Positions 18,747 through 28,878 are shown, counted from the whole stretch's first letter. The stretch: 63,640 nt of DNA, filler included, from Nitrospirae bacterium CG2_30_53_67 (GCA_001873285.1; 4 parts of 4 records of this genome joined end to end with filler, not necessarily neighbours in it), one strand, 5' to 3'. Notes: generated by a model from the letters alone, not told the origin. Made by a program: numbers and translations.

Positions 18747-18980
18747 AATCTCAAATTTGAAATTTGAGATTTGAAATTATCCATGGAGCGGGAGACGGGA
18801 TTCGAACCCGCGACCCTCAGCTTGGAAGGCTGACGCTCTACCCCTGAGCTACTCCCGCACCCTCGAAAATCTCAAATTTGAAATTTGAGATTTGAAATGA
18901 AACTCAAGGCAGGAAAACCAGACCCTCGACAGCCTGAGTGAGCCCTCCCTTTTCCCATTTCAAATTTGAAATTTGAAATT
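18747..18980. repeat. AAATTTG/CAAATTT heptamer hairpin repeats in tRNA spacers (three clusters)
   Basis: Identical 31-mers AATCTCAAATTTGAAATTTGAGATTTGAAAT at 18747-18777 and 18868-18898; variant at 18957-18980. Confidence 0.85.
18784..18858 (-). tRNA. tRNA-Gly(TCC)
   Basis: Cloverleaf; anticodon loop CTTCCAA; CCA. Confidence 0.96.
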
Positions 18981-19003
18981 CCGGTTTCGCTCCGCGAAAC
19001 CGG

Positions 19004-19088
19004 TGGTGGGGAGGGGAGGATTCGAACCTCCGTAGGCTTCGCCGACAGATTTACAGTCTGTTCCCTTTGGCCGCTCGGGAACCTCCCC
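19004..19088 (-). tRNA. tRNA-Tyr(GTA)
   Basis: Cloverleaf with long variable arm; loop CTGTAAA; CCA. Confidence 0.96.
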
Positions 19089-19175
19089 AAAAAAACAAGC
19101 CCCTCATCCATGATGGAAGCCGTCAGCCTGCTCTCCCAATCCCGATTCCAAGATGCTCTCTACTTCTTCAATGCA

Positions 19176-19251
19176 TGGAGCCGATGGCCGGAATCGAACC
19201 GACAACCTACTGATTACAAATCAGTTGCTCTACCGATTGAGCTACATCGGC
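19176..19251 (-). tRNA. tRNA-Thr(TGT)
   Basis: Cloverleaf; loop TTTGTAA; CCA. Confidence 0.96.
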
Positions 19252-19394
19252 GAAGAGATTTTCCTCAACCGATGGAAATGAAATAGAAATCAGAACTGTC
19301 TGATGATATGGACAGATCCGAAGTGCATCAAAAGTAAAATGTTAAAATAGATTATTTTATTTATAATTTCAAGTAAAAAATTACTTTTCATCAT

Positions 19395-20138
19395 TTATTT
19401 TTGTTTCCCGCGCCTTTTGCGCACGACCTCATACAGGAGCAGGGACGCCGCAACCGAAAGATTCAAGGATTCCGCCCCCCCTTTCATGGGGATCGAAACC
19501 ATCCGGTCACAGGTCTCTTCAACCAGCCTGCGAAGGCCCCTCTCGCCGCCTATAACCAAGGCAATGGGGCCGGAAAAATCCATATCCATATAGCATTCCC
19601 TGGACTGGGCGCAGGCCCCGATCATCCATATCCCTTTGTTTTTCAAGGACTCCATGGCCCTCACCAGGTTTGTGACCCTGGCCACGGGAACTTTCTCAAG
19701 GGCCCCGGCAGACCGTTTGAAGGCCACCGCTCCGAGAGGAGCCGTCCCCCGGTTCTGCACAATAACCCCATGGACTCCGGCGGCCGCAGCTGACCGGATC
19801 ACGGCCCCCAGATTACCGGGGTCCTCCACATGATCCAGAATCAGAAAAAACGGGTCTTCTCCTTCCCTTAAAGGGATATTTAACAGATCATTTAGCGAAT
19901 ATGTGTCTTTTTTGCTGCATAGGGCAACTACTCCCTGGTGGTGTCCCGCCTGGACCCGTTCATCCATGCGGCTCTTCTCCTCGAAACAGAGTTCAATTTG
20001 GTTTTTCTTTGCTGCATGAATGATCTTCTGCAGCCTTGGATTCTTTGCCCCGCGCTGGATCCAGATCCGCTCGACAGACCGGCCCCGCGAGCAGAGGACC
20101 TCTTCCACAGGATGAATGCCATAAATATAGTCCGACAT
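19395..20138 (-). CDS. rlmB: 23S rRNA Gm2251 methyltransferase
   Basis: IYGIHPV, HQGVVA, LDHVEDPGNLGAVIRSA, SLNLSVA SPOUT motifs; follows cysS. Confidence 0.93.
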   Translation of the reverse strand: MSDYIYGIHPVEEVLCSRGRSVERIWIQRGAKNPRLQKIIHAAKKNQIELCFEEKSRMDERVQAGHHQGVVALCSKKDTYSLNDLLNIPLREGEDPFFLILDHVEDPGNLGAVIRSAAAAGVHGVIVQNRGTAPLGAVAFKRSAGALEKVPVARVTNLVRAMESLKNKGIWMIGACAQSRECYMDMDFSGPIALVIGGERGLRRLVEETCDRMVSIPMKGGAESLNLSVAASLLLYEVVRKRRGKQK

Positions 20139-21602
20139 CTAACGATTCCACTCCCAGTCCATGGACCCGTCAGGGAGATCTTTCAAAATGACGCCTTGAT
20201 CGGCAAGCTCTTTACGAATCCGGTCGGCCTCGGCCCAGTCCTTGCGCTTTCTTGCCTCAGATCTCAGGGCGATTTTCTTCCGGATCTCTTCGAGATCCTG
20301 GGCCGGCCGGTCCTCCGTCCCCTTCAGGACCTGTTCCGGCCTCTCCTGAAAGAGGCCCAGGACGGATCCGATGACTTTGATATGATCCTGAAAACTTTTC
20401 AGGATCGATACAACCGCTTGATCCCTGTCCAGGCCGATGTCATTCAGGAATCCATTCAGTGTCCGAACCGCCTCAAAAATGCTCCCTATGGCCCGGGCCG
20501 TATTAAAATCATCATCCATGGCCTCTTCAAAACGGGGAATCATCTTGTGAACCTGAGCGGCAACTGACGGATACCCTTCGGCCTGATCCGATGCGATAGG
20601 CTTCGCCTCTCTTCCCATGCGCCTCTCCACCTCATAGAGGAGATGATAGACCCTGCGCCGGGCCCGTTCCGCATCCTCGAGGTTCTGGTCCGAGAAATCA
20701 ATGGGGCTCCGGTAATGTGTGGAAAGAAGAAAAAACCGAACGGCTTCGGGTGTAAACCGTGCAAGCACCTCTTTAATCGTAAAGAAATTCCCCAAGGACT
20801 TGGACATCTTCTCCTGATTGATGTTGACAAACCCGTTGTGGAGCCAGTAATGGACAAAAGGCCTCCCCGTGGCCGCCTCGCTCTGGGCGATTTCATTCTC
20901 GTGATGCGGGAAGATCAGGTCTTTGCCGCCGCCGTGGATGTCGATGGTCTCCCCCAGCAGGGCAAGATTCATGGCCGAGCACTCAATATGCCACCCCGGA
21001 CGCCCCGGTCCCCACGGGCTCTCCCATGTGGGCTCCCCAGGCTTGGATGCCTTCCAGAGCACGAAATCCAGAGGGTTTTTCTTCTTCTCATCCACTTCCA
21101 CCCGGGCGCCCGCCAGGAGGTCTTCGAGCTTCCTCCCGGAGAGTTTCCCGTATCCCTCGAAGCGGTCCACGGAAAAAAGGACATCCCCGCCGGACTCATA
21201 GGCATAGCCTTTTTCCATCAGACGCCGGGTCAGGTCCACGATCTCCTTGATGTGATCCGTGGCTTTGGGTTCAAGATCCGCCCGCTCCACGCCCAGGGCT
21301 TCCATATCCTTCTGATATTCCAGGATATAACGCTCGGCGATCTCCTCCCAAGATACCCCCTGTTCCCTGGCCCGGTTGATGATCTTGTCGTCCACGTCCG
21401 TAAAATTCCGGACATACGTCACCTTCCACCCTTTGAAGGTCAGGTAGCGGCGGATCATATCGAAGACCACCGCCCCTCGGGCATGTCCGATATGGCTGTG
21501 ATCGTAAACCGTCACCCCGCAGGCATACATCCCCACTTTCCCCGGACGGATCGGGACAAATTCCTCCTTGGTGTCGCCCAAGGTGTTAAAGACACGAAGC
21601 AT
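20139..21602 (-). CDS. cysS: Cysteine-tRNA ligase
   Basis: CGVTVYD..HIGH, GRPGWHIECSAM, KMSKS. Confidence 0.98.
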   Translation of the reverse strand: MLRVFNTLGDTKEEFVPIRPGKVGMYACGVTVYDHSHIGHARGAVVFDMIRRYLTFKGWKVTYVRNFTDVDDKIINRAREQGVSWEEIAERYILEYQKDMEALGVERADLEPKATDHIKEIVDLTRRLMEKGYAYESGGDVLFSVDRFEGYGKLSGRKLEDLLAGARVEVDEKKKNPLDFVLWKASKPGEPTWESPWGPGRPGWHIECSAMNLALLGETIDIHGGGKDLIFPHHENEIAQSEAATGRPFVHYWLHNGFVNINQEKMSKSLGNFFTIKEVLARFTPEAVRFFLLSTHYRSPIDFSDQNLEDAERARRRVYHLLYEVERRMGREAKPIASDQAEGYPSVAAQVHKMIPRFEEAMDDDFNTARAIGSIFEAVRTLNGFLNDIGLDRDQAVVSILKSFQDHIKVIGSVLGLFQERPEQVLKGTEDRPAQDLEEIRKKIALRSEARKRKDWAEADRIRKELADQGVILKDLPDGSMDWEWNR

Positions 21603-21664
21603 CTTTTCTTTTCCCCTCCCTCTCTTTCAAAAACCCCTGAGGATTCTCAGAATTTGCGCGCTAA

Positions 21665-21847
21665 GCGGTCCTGTTCGTAAATAGGGTGACGTACCGACTT
21701 GTACTCGGTTTACCGGTAGAGGGTCGTAGGGCGGGCGCATCCCCGCGCGCGACTGAGGCGTACCCCTCTGGTACACCGCAAGGAGCGGAACGCCGATGAG
21801 CCCGCCCTACGGCACTCGAATGCCATCGTATTTACGAATAGGGCCAT
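21665..21847. mobile_element. MITE family A copy 2 (inverted relative to 8703-8865)
   Basis: GCGGTCCTGTTCGTAAATA...TATTTACGAATAGGGCCAT flanked by TAA; an outer-family end TTTTTACGAGTCCATCA follows at about 21889-21905. Confidence 0.8.
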
Positions 21848-21902
21848 TAAGCTATATGAGCTTTTGCTATGCCGCCCATCTTGGGGAATTTTTACGAGTC
21901 CA

Positions 21903-22673
21903 TCATCCTTTATCTTCATTCACTTCCCCGAGGACATTGATCCGGTGGGCCATGGCGCCGGCGCCGAAGCCGTTGTCGATGTTCACGGTGGCCAGGCCCG
22001 AGGCGCAGGAGTTGAGCATCGACAGCAAGGCTGCAATGCCGCCGAAGCTCGCGCCATACCCCACGCTCGTGGGAACGGCGATCACGGGCTTGTCCACCAG
22101 CCCCCCCACCACGCTGGCCAGCGCCCCTTCCATCCCGGCCACGACCACGAGGACCCTGGCCTCCAGGATCTTCTCCTTCTGGTCAAAGAGCCGGTGGATC
22201 CCGGAGACGCCCACGTCGTAGAGGGTCTCGACCCGGCTCCCCAGAACCTCAGCGGTCACCGCCGCCTCCTCGGCCACGGGGATATCCGAGGTCCCGGCCG
22301 AGAGGATCAGGATCTTTCCCCGGGTCGGCGTTTTCTTCTTCAACTGGATGACGACGGCACGCGACCGCTCATGATAGACCGCACGGGAATCCATCCGTTT
22401 GATCTTCCTGTAGAGATCGGGGGCTGCCCGGGTGGCCAGGATATCATACTCCTTGGAAAGCATCCTCTCCACGATGGCCTGAACCTGCCCGGCGGTCTTT
22501 CCCTCGCAGAAGATCACCTCCGGGGCCCCCTGCCGGAGGCTGCGGTGGTGGTCGATGTGCGCAAACCCCAGACCCTCATAAGGGAGATCCCTGAGCCTCC
22601 GCATCCCCTGGGCTATGGTCGTCCTTCCCTTCTGGATTTCCTGGAGGAGCTTTTTCAACTTTTCCTGATCCAT
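21903..22673 (-). CDS. larB: Nickel-pincer cofactor biosynthesis protein LarB (AIR-carboxylase-like)
   Basis: [62 protein letters not shown]. Confidence 0.92.
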   Translation of the reverse strand: MDQEKLKKLLQEIQKGRTTIAQGMRRLRDLPYEGLGFAHIDHHRSLRQGAPEVIFCEGKTAGQVQAIVERMLSKEYDILATRAAPDLYRKIKRMDSRAVYHERSRAVVIQLKKKTPTRGKILILSAGTSDIPVAEEAAVTAEVLGSRVETLYDVGVSGIHRLFDQKEKILEARVLVVVAGMEGALASVVGGLVDKPVIAVPTSVGYGASFGGIAALLSMLNSCASGLATVNIDNGFGAGAMAHRINVLGEVNEDKG

Positions 22674-22706
22674 GCTTTCTCCTTATTGAACCGGACAGCC
22701 GATCCG

Positions 22707-24344
22707 TCAGTTTTCCCCTGCAACCTCTTTAGCAATGCTTTCCGCATGGGTATTGATCTGTTTGAGGCTGCTGATGACATCCAGGTGAATCGAGCTGGTA
22801 TCAATGGTCTCCTGAAGTCCGTTATGGAGTCTCTGGATATGGGCTTTTCTGAGATCCGACTCCAGTTTGTCGATTCTGGGAAACTGATGAAGCACCTCCT
22901 TGGCTTGCTCCGCGTTCCAGTGAACAAAGGCGCTCACCACCTTCTGAAGATTTGCGTAGATCTGTCCATGCATCAGAATGATATCCTGTTCCCCCCCGCT
23001 GGAAAAATGCAGGCCGAAATCAATTTTCTTTCTGGCGAGTTCCATCAGACTCTTGTCGATCAGGTCCCCGACATGCTCTAAGTTATCCACAATATTCAGG
23101 AGAGAGATCTCCCGTCTGGACTGGTCTTCGGTCAGGGACCCCTGTGCAACGGAAATCAAATACCGCGTGATGGCATCATCCAGATAGTCAATTTCATTAT
23201 CCATCTTCTTGATCTCTTCCCGGAGAAAGTCGTCGCCGTTCTGAAAGACAAGGATCGTCTGCCTGAACATCTCCAGGACACGATTTCCCATCCTCTCCGC
23301 CTCCTTGCCGGCCTGCCCCAGGGCGATCTCAGGCGTATCCAGGACCTGCTCGTCCAGATAACGGACCTCAAAGGTCCGTTCCAGTTCAGGAACGATGGGG
23401 ATCATAAAGGTGATTATTTTTCGGAAGGGGACGGTAAAGGGGAGAAAGATCATGGTGTTCAGCACCTTGAAGAGCATATGCCCGTTGGCGATCTGCCTGG
23501 AAATGCCCGCGGCAAAAGGATCGGACATCCAAAGGATCGCCTCACGGAAAAGATCCATGAAGGGATAGACCAGGAGGGCGCCGATCAGATTAAAAAGGAG
23601 ATGGGCCACGGCCACACGCTTCCCCTCACGGGATGATCCGAGACTGGAGAGGATCGCCGTGCTGCACGTGCCGATGTCCGCCCCGAGAAGAATGGGAATG
23701 GCCGCGGGGAGGTCCATCATCCCCTGGCTGGCCAGGACCATGGAGATCCCGATGGCGGCGGCGCTGCTATGAATGATGCCGGTGAAAACGGCGGATATGG
23801 CGATGGCGACGATCGGATAGGCCTCCATGGAGACCAGGCTGTTCAGAAATAAGGGGTAGGAACGGAGCGGTTCGGTGGAATCCATCAGGACCTTGATCCC
23901 CAGGAAGATCAGACCGAAACCGAGGAGGGACTGCCCCAGATACTGTACGATCCGGTTCCGCTTGAAGACCAGGAGCATCACCCCGATCCCGACGAGCAGG
24001 AGGGAATAATTCGAGACATTAAAGGCAATCAACTGGACCGTGAAGGTGGTCCCGATGTTGGCGCCGTAGACGACCCCGATGGCCTGTGACAGGGTCATGA
24101 GCGAGGCGTTGACGAACCCGACCAGCATGACCGTGGTGGCGCTCGAAGACTGGATGGTCGCGGTCATGAGGGCGCCGATCACGGTCCCTTTGATCGGCGT
24201 ATTGGTCAAGGTGCCCAGGATATTGCGGAGCCTTCGTCCTGCGACCTTCTGCAGTCCCCAGCCCACGGTCTTCATCCCGTAGATGAAAAGCCCTACCCCG
24301 CCGAAGAGACCGATGCAGATACGCAGGAACGCGCCTGGTGTCAT
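22707..24344 (-). CDS. Na/Pi cotransporter family protein with PhoU domains
   Basis: QSSSATT, GANIGTT, repeat HSSAA/GADIGT, soluble C-terminal PhoU helices; ATGA overlap with gpsA. Confidence 0.92.
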   Translation of the reverse strand: MTPGAFLRICIGLFGGVGLFIYGMKTVGWGLQKVAGRRLRNILGTLTNTPIKGTVIGALMTATIQSSSATTVMLVGFVNASLMTLSQAIGVVYGANIGTTFTVQLIAFNVSNYSLLLVGIGVMLLVFKRNRIVQYLGQSLLGFGLIFLGIKVLMDSTEPLRSYPLFLNSLVSMEAYPIVAIAISAVFTGIIHSSAAAIGISMVLASQGMMDLPAAIPILLGADIGTCSTAILSSLGSSREGKRVAVAHLLFNLIGALLVYPFMDLFREAILWMSDPFAAGISRQIANGHMLFKVLNTMIFLPFTVPFRKIITFMIPIVPELERTFEVRYLDEQVLDTPEIALGQAGKEAERMGNRVLEMFRQTILVFQNGDDFLREEIKKMDNEIDYLDDAITRYLISVAQGSLTEDQSRREISLLNIVDNLEHVGDLIDKSLMELARKKIDFGLHFSSGGEQDIILMHGQIYANLQKVVSAFVHWNAEQAKEVLHQFPRIDKLESDLRKAHIQRLHNGLQETIDTSSIHLDVISSLKQINTHAESIAKEVAGEN

Positions 24345-25384
24345 GACTTCCAATCAACCCCCTGTCTGCCGCCGGGAGACTCCTGCTCCTCCTTCGGACC
24401 CCGGCTCATGAGCTCATGCACGGCATCCTTGGGACTCGCCCCTTGATAAAGGATCCGATAGACCTGGTGAGTGATCGGCATCTCCACGTTGTGCCTTTTT
24501 GAAAGGTCATGCACGGACCGGGTGGTCCGGACCCCTTCGGCTACGGTCTTTTCGTTTTCAAGAATCTCCTTCAGGGGCTCCCCCTGTCCGAGTCTGAGTC
24601 CGACACTCCGGTTCCTGCTCAGATCCCCGGTGCAGGTCAGGACCAGGTCTCCCATTCCGGCGAGGCCCATAAAGGTCATGGGAGAAGCCCCCATGGCCGT
24701 GCCCAGGCGGGACATCTCCATGAGCCCTCGGGTAATGAGCGCCGCACGGGCGTCGTAACCGAAGCCGATGCCGTCGCTGATGCCGGCGGCAATGGCCATG
24801 ACATTCTTGACGGCCCCTCCCAGTTCCACACCCATCACATCCGGGGTGATATAGACGCGGAAATAGGAAGCGGCAAAAAAGGACTGCATTCCCAGGGCCA
24901 CCTCTTTGTTCCGGCACGCGAGAGTGACCGCGGTAGGGAGTTCCCGGGCCACCTCCAGGGCAAAACTCGGTCCGGAGAGATAGGCGAAATTCCCTTCAGG
25001 GATATGGGTCAGGATTTCCGGGAGGATCTCGGAGACGGTCATGAGCGTATGGTTTTCAATCCCCTTGGCCGCGCTGAGCACCACCGAATGCTCCGGTATG
25101 AAGGGAAGAAAGCATTCGGCGACCCTGCGTATGACATGGGACGGGGTGACGAACAAGAAGATCCGGCAGTCCCTGGATACCTCCTCACAGGAAGAGGATG
25201 GGAGGATCCTCTCTGAAAGAGGGATATCCGGAAGATAGACCCGGTTTATTCGCGTCTCTCTGATCTCCTCGGCCAGGTCTTCTTCAAAGACCCAGAGGGA
25301 GACCGGATGCCCTTTCTTAGCCAGAAGATTCGCAAGTACGGTCCCCCATGCACCGGCCCCGATCACGGCAACACGCTCTTTCAT
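24341..25384 (-). CDS. gpsA: NAD(P)H-dependent glycerol-3-phosphate dehydrogenase
   Basis: GAGAWG, SGPSFA, GAVKNV.AIA.G, GDLVLTC...SRN. Confidence 0.96.
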   Translation of the reverse strand: MKERVAVIGAGAWGTVLANLLAKKGHPVSLWVFEEDLAEEIRETRINRVYLPDIPLSERILPSSSCEEVSRDCRIFLFVTPSHVIRRVAECFLPFIPEHSVVLSAAKGIENHTLMTVSEILPEILTHIPEGNFAYLSGPSFALEVARELPTAVTLACRNKEVALGMQSFFAASYFRVYITPDVMGVELGGAVKNVMAIAAGISDGIGFGYDARAALITRGLMEMSRLGTAMGASPMTFMGLAGMGDLVLTCTGDLSRNRSVGLRLGQGEPLKEILENEKTVAEGVRTTRSVHDLSKRHNVEMPITHQVYRILYQGASPKDAVHELMSRGPKEEQESPGGRQGVDWKS

Positions 25385-25430
25385 GATCCCCGCCTATTGA
25401 ATAAATGGAGTCTGTGGGGCTGCATTCTTT

Positions 25431-26261
25431 TTAATTCTCCTCCCATCTATTGGTTAAAAAGGGGTCGAGGATTCCAGGGTTACCCTTCAGGAAACGGATC
25501 ATGGCCTCATGGCTCTCCACAGGTCTCTCCAGAGTCGGGCAGTGGCCCGCATCCTTGATCCAGACCTGACGCGCCCCTAAAATCTTCGAAGCGGTCAGGG
25601 AAAATTCCGAAGGCCGGACGATCCCATCCTCTTGAGTCCCCATGATCAGGACAGGGACGGAAACCTCCTGAAGGCGCGGAGTCAGATCGGTCCCGAGCAC
25701 GGCCTCGGCATGGCTCTTCAGTACGGAATAAGGGGCCTTGCCCGCGTCTTCCGTAAACAGGGGATCCAGGACAAAATAGTATCTTTTTATTCTTCTGAGA
25801 GCCCGCAGGATCCAGGGAATACTGAGCGCGATCTTGACAAGCGCAATCCCCAGGGGAGTCGCGCCGATCCGGCCCCTGCCGTGCAGGGCCCGTCTCCCGG
25901 AGACAGGAGTATTGATCAGGATCAGTTTCCCGATCCGATCCGGAGACCGAAGAGCGGCGATCAAGGCAATCATTCCGCCCATGGAATGCCCGATCAGGTC
26001 GAACTCTCGGACTCCGAGCGCATCGCTGATGCCGAGAATCATCTCGGCATGGCCTTCCAGGGAATACGCGATGACGGGCTTGTCCGAATCACCGAACCCG
26101 AGCAGATCCGGGGCGATCGCCCGCCCGTACCCGGAGAGCGACAGGAAGGTCTCCCGCCAGAAACCGGATGCGCCTGCCAGTCCATGGATCAGAACAACGG
26201 CCCTGCCGCTCCCTTGCTCACGGTAATGAATGCGATGTCCCTGAATCGTGATCTCAGGCAC
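25431..26261 (-). CDS. Alpha/beta-fold hydrolase
   Basis: LIHG, PDLLGFGDS, GHSMGG nucleophile elbow, D and AGH catalytic residues. Confidence 0.9.
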   Translation of the reverse strand: MPEITIQGHRIHYREQGSGRAVVLIHGLAGASGFWRETFLSLSGYGRAIAPDLLGFGDSDKPVIAYSLEGHAEMILGISDALGVREFDLIGHSMGGMIALIAALRSPDRIGKLILINTPVSGRRALHGRGRIGATPLGIALVKIALSIPWILRALRRIKRYYFVLDPLFTEDAGKAPYSVLKSHAEAVLGTDLTPRLQEVSVPVLIMGTQEDGIVRPSEFSLTASKILGARQVWIKDAGHCPTLERPVESHEAMIRFLKGNPGILDPFLTNRWEEN

Positions 26262-26279
26262 AGAACGACCCAGCCCAGG

Positions 26280-27275
26280 CTATCCCCCGATTCCGGACAT
26301 GGTACGATCGAGATGAGGGATCTTTTTGAAATCAACTTTATGACCGGCAGGCTTGTTTTTCAGGGCCTCTTTAAACAAAAGGCTGAGGCCCTCATCGATC
26401 TCTTTTTCATTGCGCCCGCTCCGGAGAACCGGCTTGAGATGGATTTCCCGGTCGGAGAAGAGACAGCTTCTGATCCTTCCGTCAGCGGTCAGCCGCAAGC
26501 GGTTGCAGGTATCGCAAAAATGGCTGCTGATGGGGCTGATGAAGCCCACGGAACCGCACGCCCCGGCAATCCGGTATCTCTTGGCCGGGCCGTCATTGAT
26601 ATGAGACGGAAGCGGCGAGATCTCGGCGCATTCCGCCACCCGGGCGATGATCTCAGCGGTCGGCATATAATAATTCATCTGATAGGGACCGGCGCCGGCC
26701 GGCATAAATTCAATGAACCGGATATGATAAGGTTTCTCCACGGCCAGACGGACAAAGGCTGGAATCTCATGGTCGTTTATCCCCCTCAGGACCACCATAT
26801 TCAGTTTAATCGGAGCCAAGCCCGCGGCCTCCGCGGCATGGATCCCGGACCATACATCCTCAATCGCGCCCCTGCGAGTGATCTTCCTGAACATCACGGG
26901 ATCGAGGGTGTCAAGACTGACATTGACTCGGCGGACTCCGGCCTCAAAAAGCGGGCGAGCATAATCCCTGAGCAGAATCCCGTTGGTGGTGAGACTGATA
27001 TCCGCCAGGCCCGGGATGCGGTACAAGAGCTTAACCAGATCCACCACGCCTCTTCGGATCAGGGGTTCTCCGCCGGTGATCCGTATCTTCGTAATCCCGT
27101 TTCGAACGGCGTATTCTGCGACCCTGACAATTTCTTCATAAGTCAGGATCTCTCCATGCGGGAGAACGCTCACCCCCTGCTCAGGCATGCAATAAAGGCA
27201 GCGAAGATTGCAGCGGTCGATCACCGAGATCCTGAGATAGTTAATCCGACGATGATACAGATCAAATAATGCCAT
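26280..27275 (-). CDS. moaA: GTP 3',8-cyclase (molybdenum cofactor biosynthesis)
   Basis: CNLRCLYC radical-SAM motif, TGGEP, CDTCNRLR...C, C-terminal IGG. Confidence 0.96.
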   Translation of the reverse strand: MALFDLYHRRINYLRISVIDRCNLRCLYCMPEQGVSVLPHGEILTYEEIVRVAEYAVRNGITKIRITGGEPLIRRGVVDLVKLLYRIPGLADISLTTNGILLRDYARPLFEAGVRRVNVSLDTLDPVMFRKITRRGAIEDVWSGIHAAEAAGLAPIKLNMVVLRGINDHEIPAFVRLAVEKPYHIRFIEFMPAGAGPYQMNYYMPTAEIIARVAECAEISPLPSHINDGPAKRYRIAGACGSVGFISPISSHFCDTCNRLRLTADGRIRSCLFSDREIHLKPVLRSGRNEKEIDEGLSLLFKEALKNKPAGHKVDFKKIPHLDRTMSGIGG

Positions 27276-27296
27276 GACACGTCCCAAATCTAAGCA

Positions 27297-27395
27297 GGGT
27301 TCGAGGATTCAAGGGGTCCAGGGTTCAAGTGTTTTCGCCCCAAGGTTTATCCCTTCCTTGCACTTGACCCCTTAAACCCTCGGCCCCTCGACCCC
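27297..27395. repeat. Octamer-tandem inverted repeat (family B)
   Basis: GGGTTCGA/GGATTCAA/GGGGTCCA/GGGTTCAA GTG...CAC TTGACCCC.. arms; related copies at 25434-25482, 52501-52640, 54953-55296 and 57773-57905. Confidence 0.8.
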
Positions 27396-27403
27396 TTTTG
27401 TTC

Positions 27404-28162
27404 TTAGTTTTCCCGCACCTTGGTTTGATACTCTGGCTTCAACATGTACTTGTTGCTGACATATCCGAAAACGGGAACCGTAACGATTCTCTGGGTGGAA
27501 TTGTTTTTGACCTGGAGATACCCCTGAAAGATCCCTGAACGGTTCTCAGGAGCGGCCACCACCTTGACCTTGATGGATTCTTTCGGCTTGATCGTCTTTT
27601 TCCGGCCCGGGTCATCCCCGCCTGCCGACACGCCGCTTCGTCCCACATATTCCTCGATGACCAGGTCCGCGGTCCCTGTGTTGGTGATGGTAATTTCATC
27701 AGTAGTGGACCCGCCCGGTTCCACCACGCCGATGTCCAGAGTCATGGGGTCCACCTGAACCTGCGGCTGGTCGCCAAGATCCACCTTGCCGGTGAGCCTG
27801 ACCTCGGCATTGGGCTTTTCCGGGTCATTAGAGACAATCGTCACGGTCTTGGTCTGCGGGCCGCTCCGCCCGCCGGTGTTAAAGGTCACCTTGATGGTTC
27901 CCTGCTTTTTCGGAGGGATGGTCTTATCCGAGGTCACTGCGGCCGTGCACCCGCAAGAAGTTCTCAGATCGGTAATGACCAGATCGGCATCTCCCGTATT
28001 CTTGAACTTGAACTCGTGTATCACCTCTTTCCCCTGTTTGGCCGTGCCGAAATCAAACCCTTCCTCTTCCAGAAGGATCTTCGGGCCGGAAGCCCGAGCA
28101 GATTGAACACCGATCAAAAGGACGATTGAGCATAAAATGAAGAGGCGATAAAATCGTTTCAT
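27404..28162 (-). CDS. DUF1573 (Ig-like) exported protein
   Basis: Signal peptide, FDFG..., F.N.G...L.I....SCGCT, SNDP, second Ig-like repeat; AGGAG RBS. Confidence 0.88.
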   Translation of the reverse strand: MKRFYRLFILCSIVLLIGVQSARASGPKILLEEEGFDFGTAKQGKEVIHEFKFKNTGDADLVITDLRTSCGCTAAVTSDKTIPPKKQGTIKVTFNTGGRSGPQTKTVTIVSNDPEKPNAEVRLTGKVDLGDQPQVQVDPMTLDIGVVEPGGSTTDEITITNTGTADLVIEEYVGRSGVSAGGDDPGRKKTIKPKESIKVKVVAAPENRSGIFQGYLQVKNNSTQRIVTVPVFGYVSNKYMLKPEYQTKVREN

Positions 28163-28228
28163 GACGGTTTCAGCTCCTTTCTTCAAATCTTCCAAATAAT
28201 CCGATAAAGACAAATTGCACGTTTTTTA

Positions 28229-28288
28229 AGTATAGAAATCTCAGGTAGTCCTGTCAACTAAATATTCAAAACACTAAATATTCAAAAC
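28229..28288 (-). promoter_or_regulatory. Putative sigma70 promoter plus adjacent 16-bp tandem repeat
   Basis: TTGACA-17-TATACT (28257-28229); ACTAAATATTCAAAAC x2 at 28257-28288. Confidence 0.55.
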
Positions 28289-28362
28289 CAGTTGCGCAAA
28301 TGCATCCGATCTGCTATCTTTCCCCCCGTCTCTCGTCAGCAAGGCTCCTGGAGGTTACGGTT

Positions 28363-28878
28363 TTGCCCTTTGATTACTACAAACGGCTTCCCCGCTCACA
28401 ACAGCGCATCTATCTCAAAAGCGACCGGATCTCTGCCATTCTGATCCCGGACCATGAAACATTATACCCTCTGGTCCGCTACCTTGAAAAGGCCCTCGCT
28501 GCTGGAAACCGCCCCCTGACCCGGAAGGCGGCACAGCATCTGGTTACAGGCATCATCGGATCCTTGAAAACCCGCCCCCTCAAGGTCAGGGTTCTGGAGA
28601 GAAGACCTTCCAATGCAAGAGAGGAACTTCACGGCCTCTATCAACCCGGCCGGCAGGGAGAATCCGACCAGATCACCCTGTGGATGAAAACGGCCAGGAA
28701 AGAGCAGGTCGTCGCCTTCAAGACGTTTCTGAGGATTCTTCTTCATGAACTCTGCCATCATCTGGACTATGAGTTTCTGGGGCTTAAGGAGACCTTTCAT
28801 ACAGAAGGGTTTTTCAAGCGGGAATCGAGCCTCTTCCATCAGGTCATGCGCGAAGGAAAAAACCCTTCAAAAAAATAA
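28363..28878 (+). CDS. Hypothetical zincin-like (HExxH) protein
   Basis: LHGLY, LLHELCHHLDY, FH..GF; TTG start after GGAGG (ORF open from 28300). Confidence 0.7.
   Translation: MPFDYYKRLPRSQQRIYLKSDRISAILIPDHETLYPLVRYLEKALAAGNRPLTRKAAQHLVTGIIGSLKTRPLKVRVLERRPSNAREELHGLYQPGRQGESDQITLWMKTARKEQVVAFKTFLRILLHELCHHLDYEFLGLKETFHTEGFFKRESSLFHQVMREGKNPSKK

Noticed and set aside
17589..19251. TA module apparently integrated beside tuf/tRNAs
   Set aside because: The adjacency crosses the linker at 18456-18555.
21903..22673. larB without other lar genes nearby
   Set aside because: Dispersed larB/C/E genes are common, and the rest may lie elsewhere in the genome.
25632..27269. 545-aa plus-strand ORF, and similar long ORFs at 6882-8075, 20643-21680, 21864-23081, 38943-39911, 40778-41776 and 61667-62815
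   Set aside because: Antisense shadows of well-supported genes in GC3-rich DNA, with no motifs of their own.
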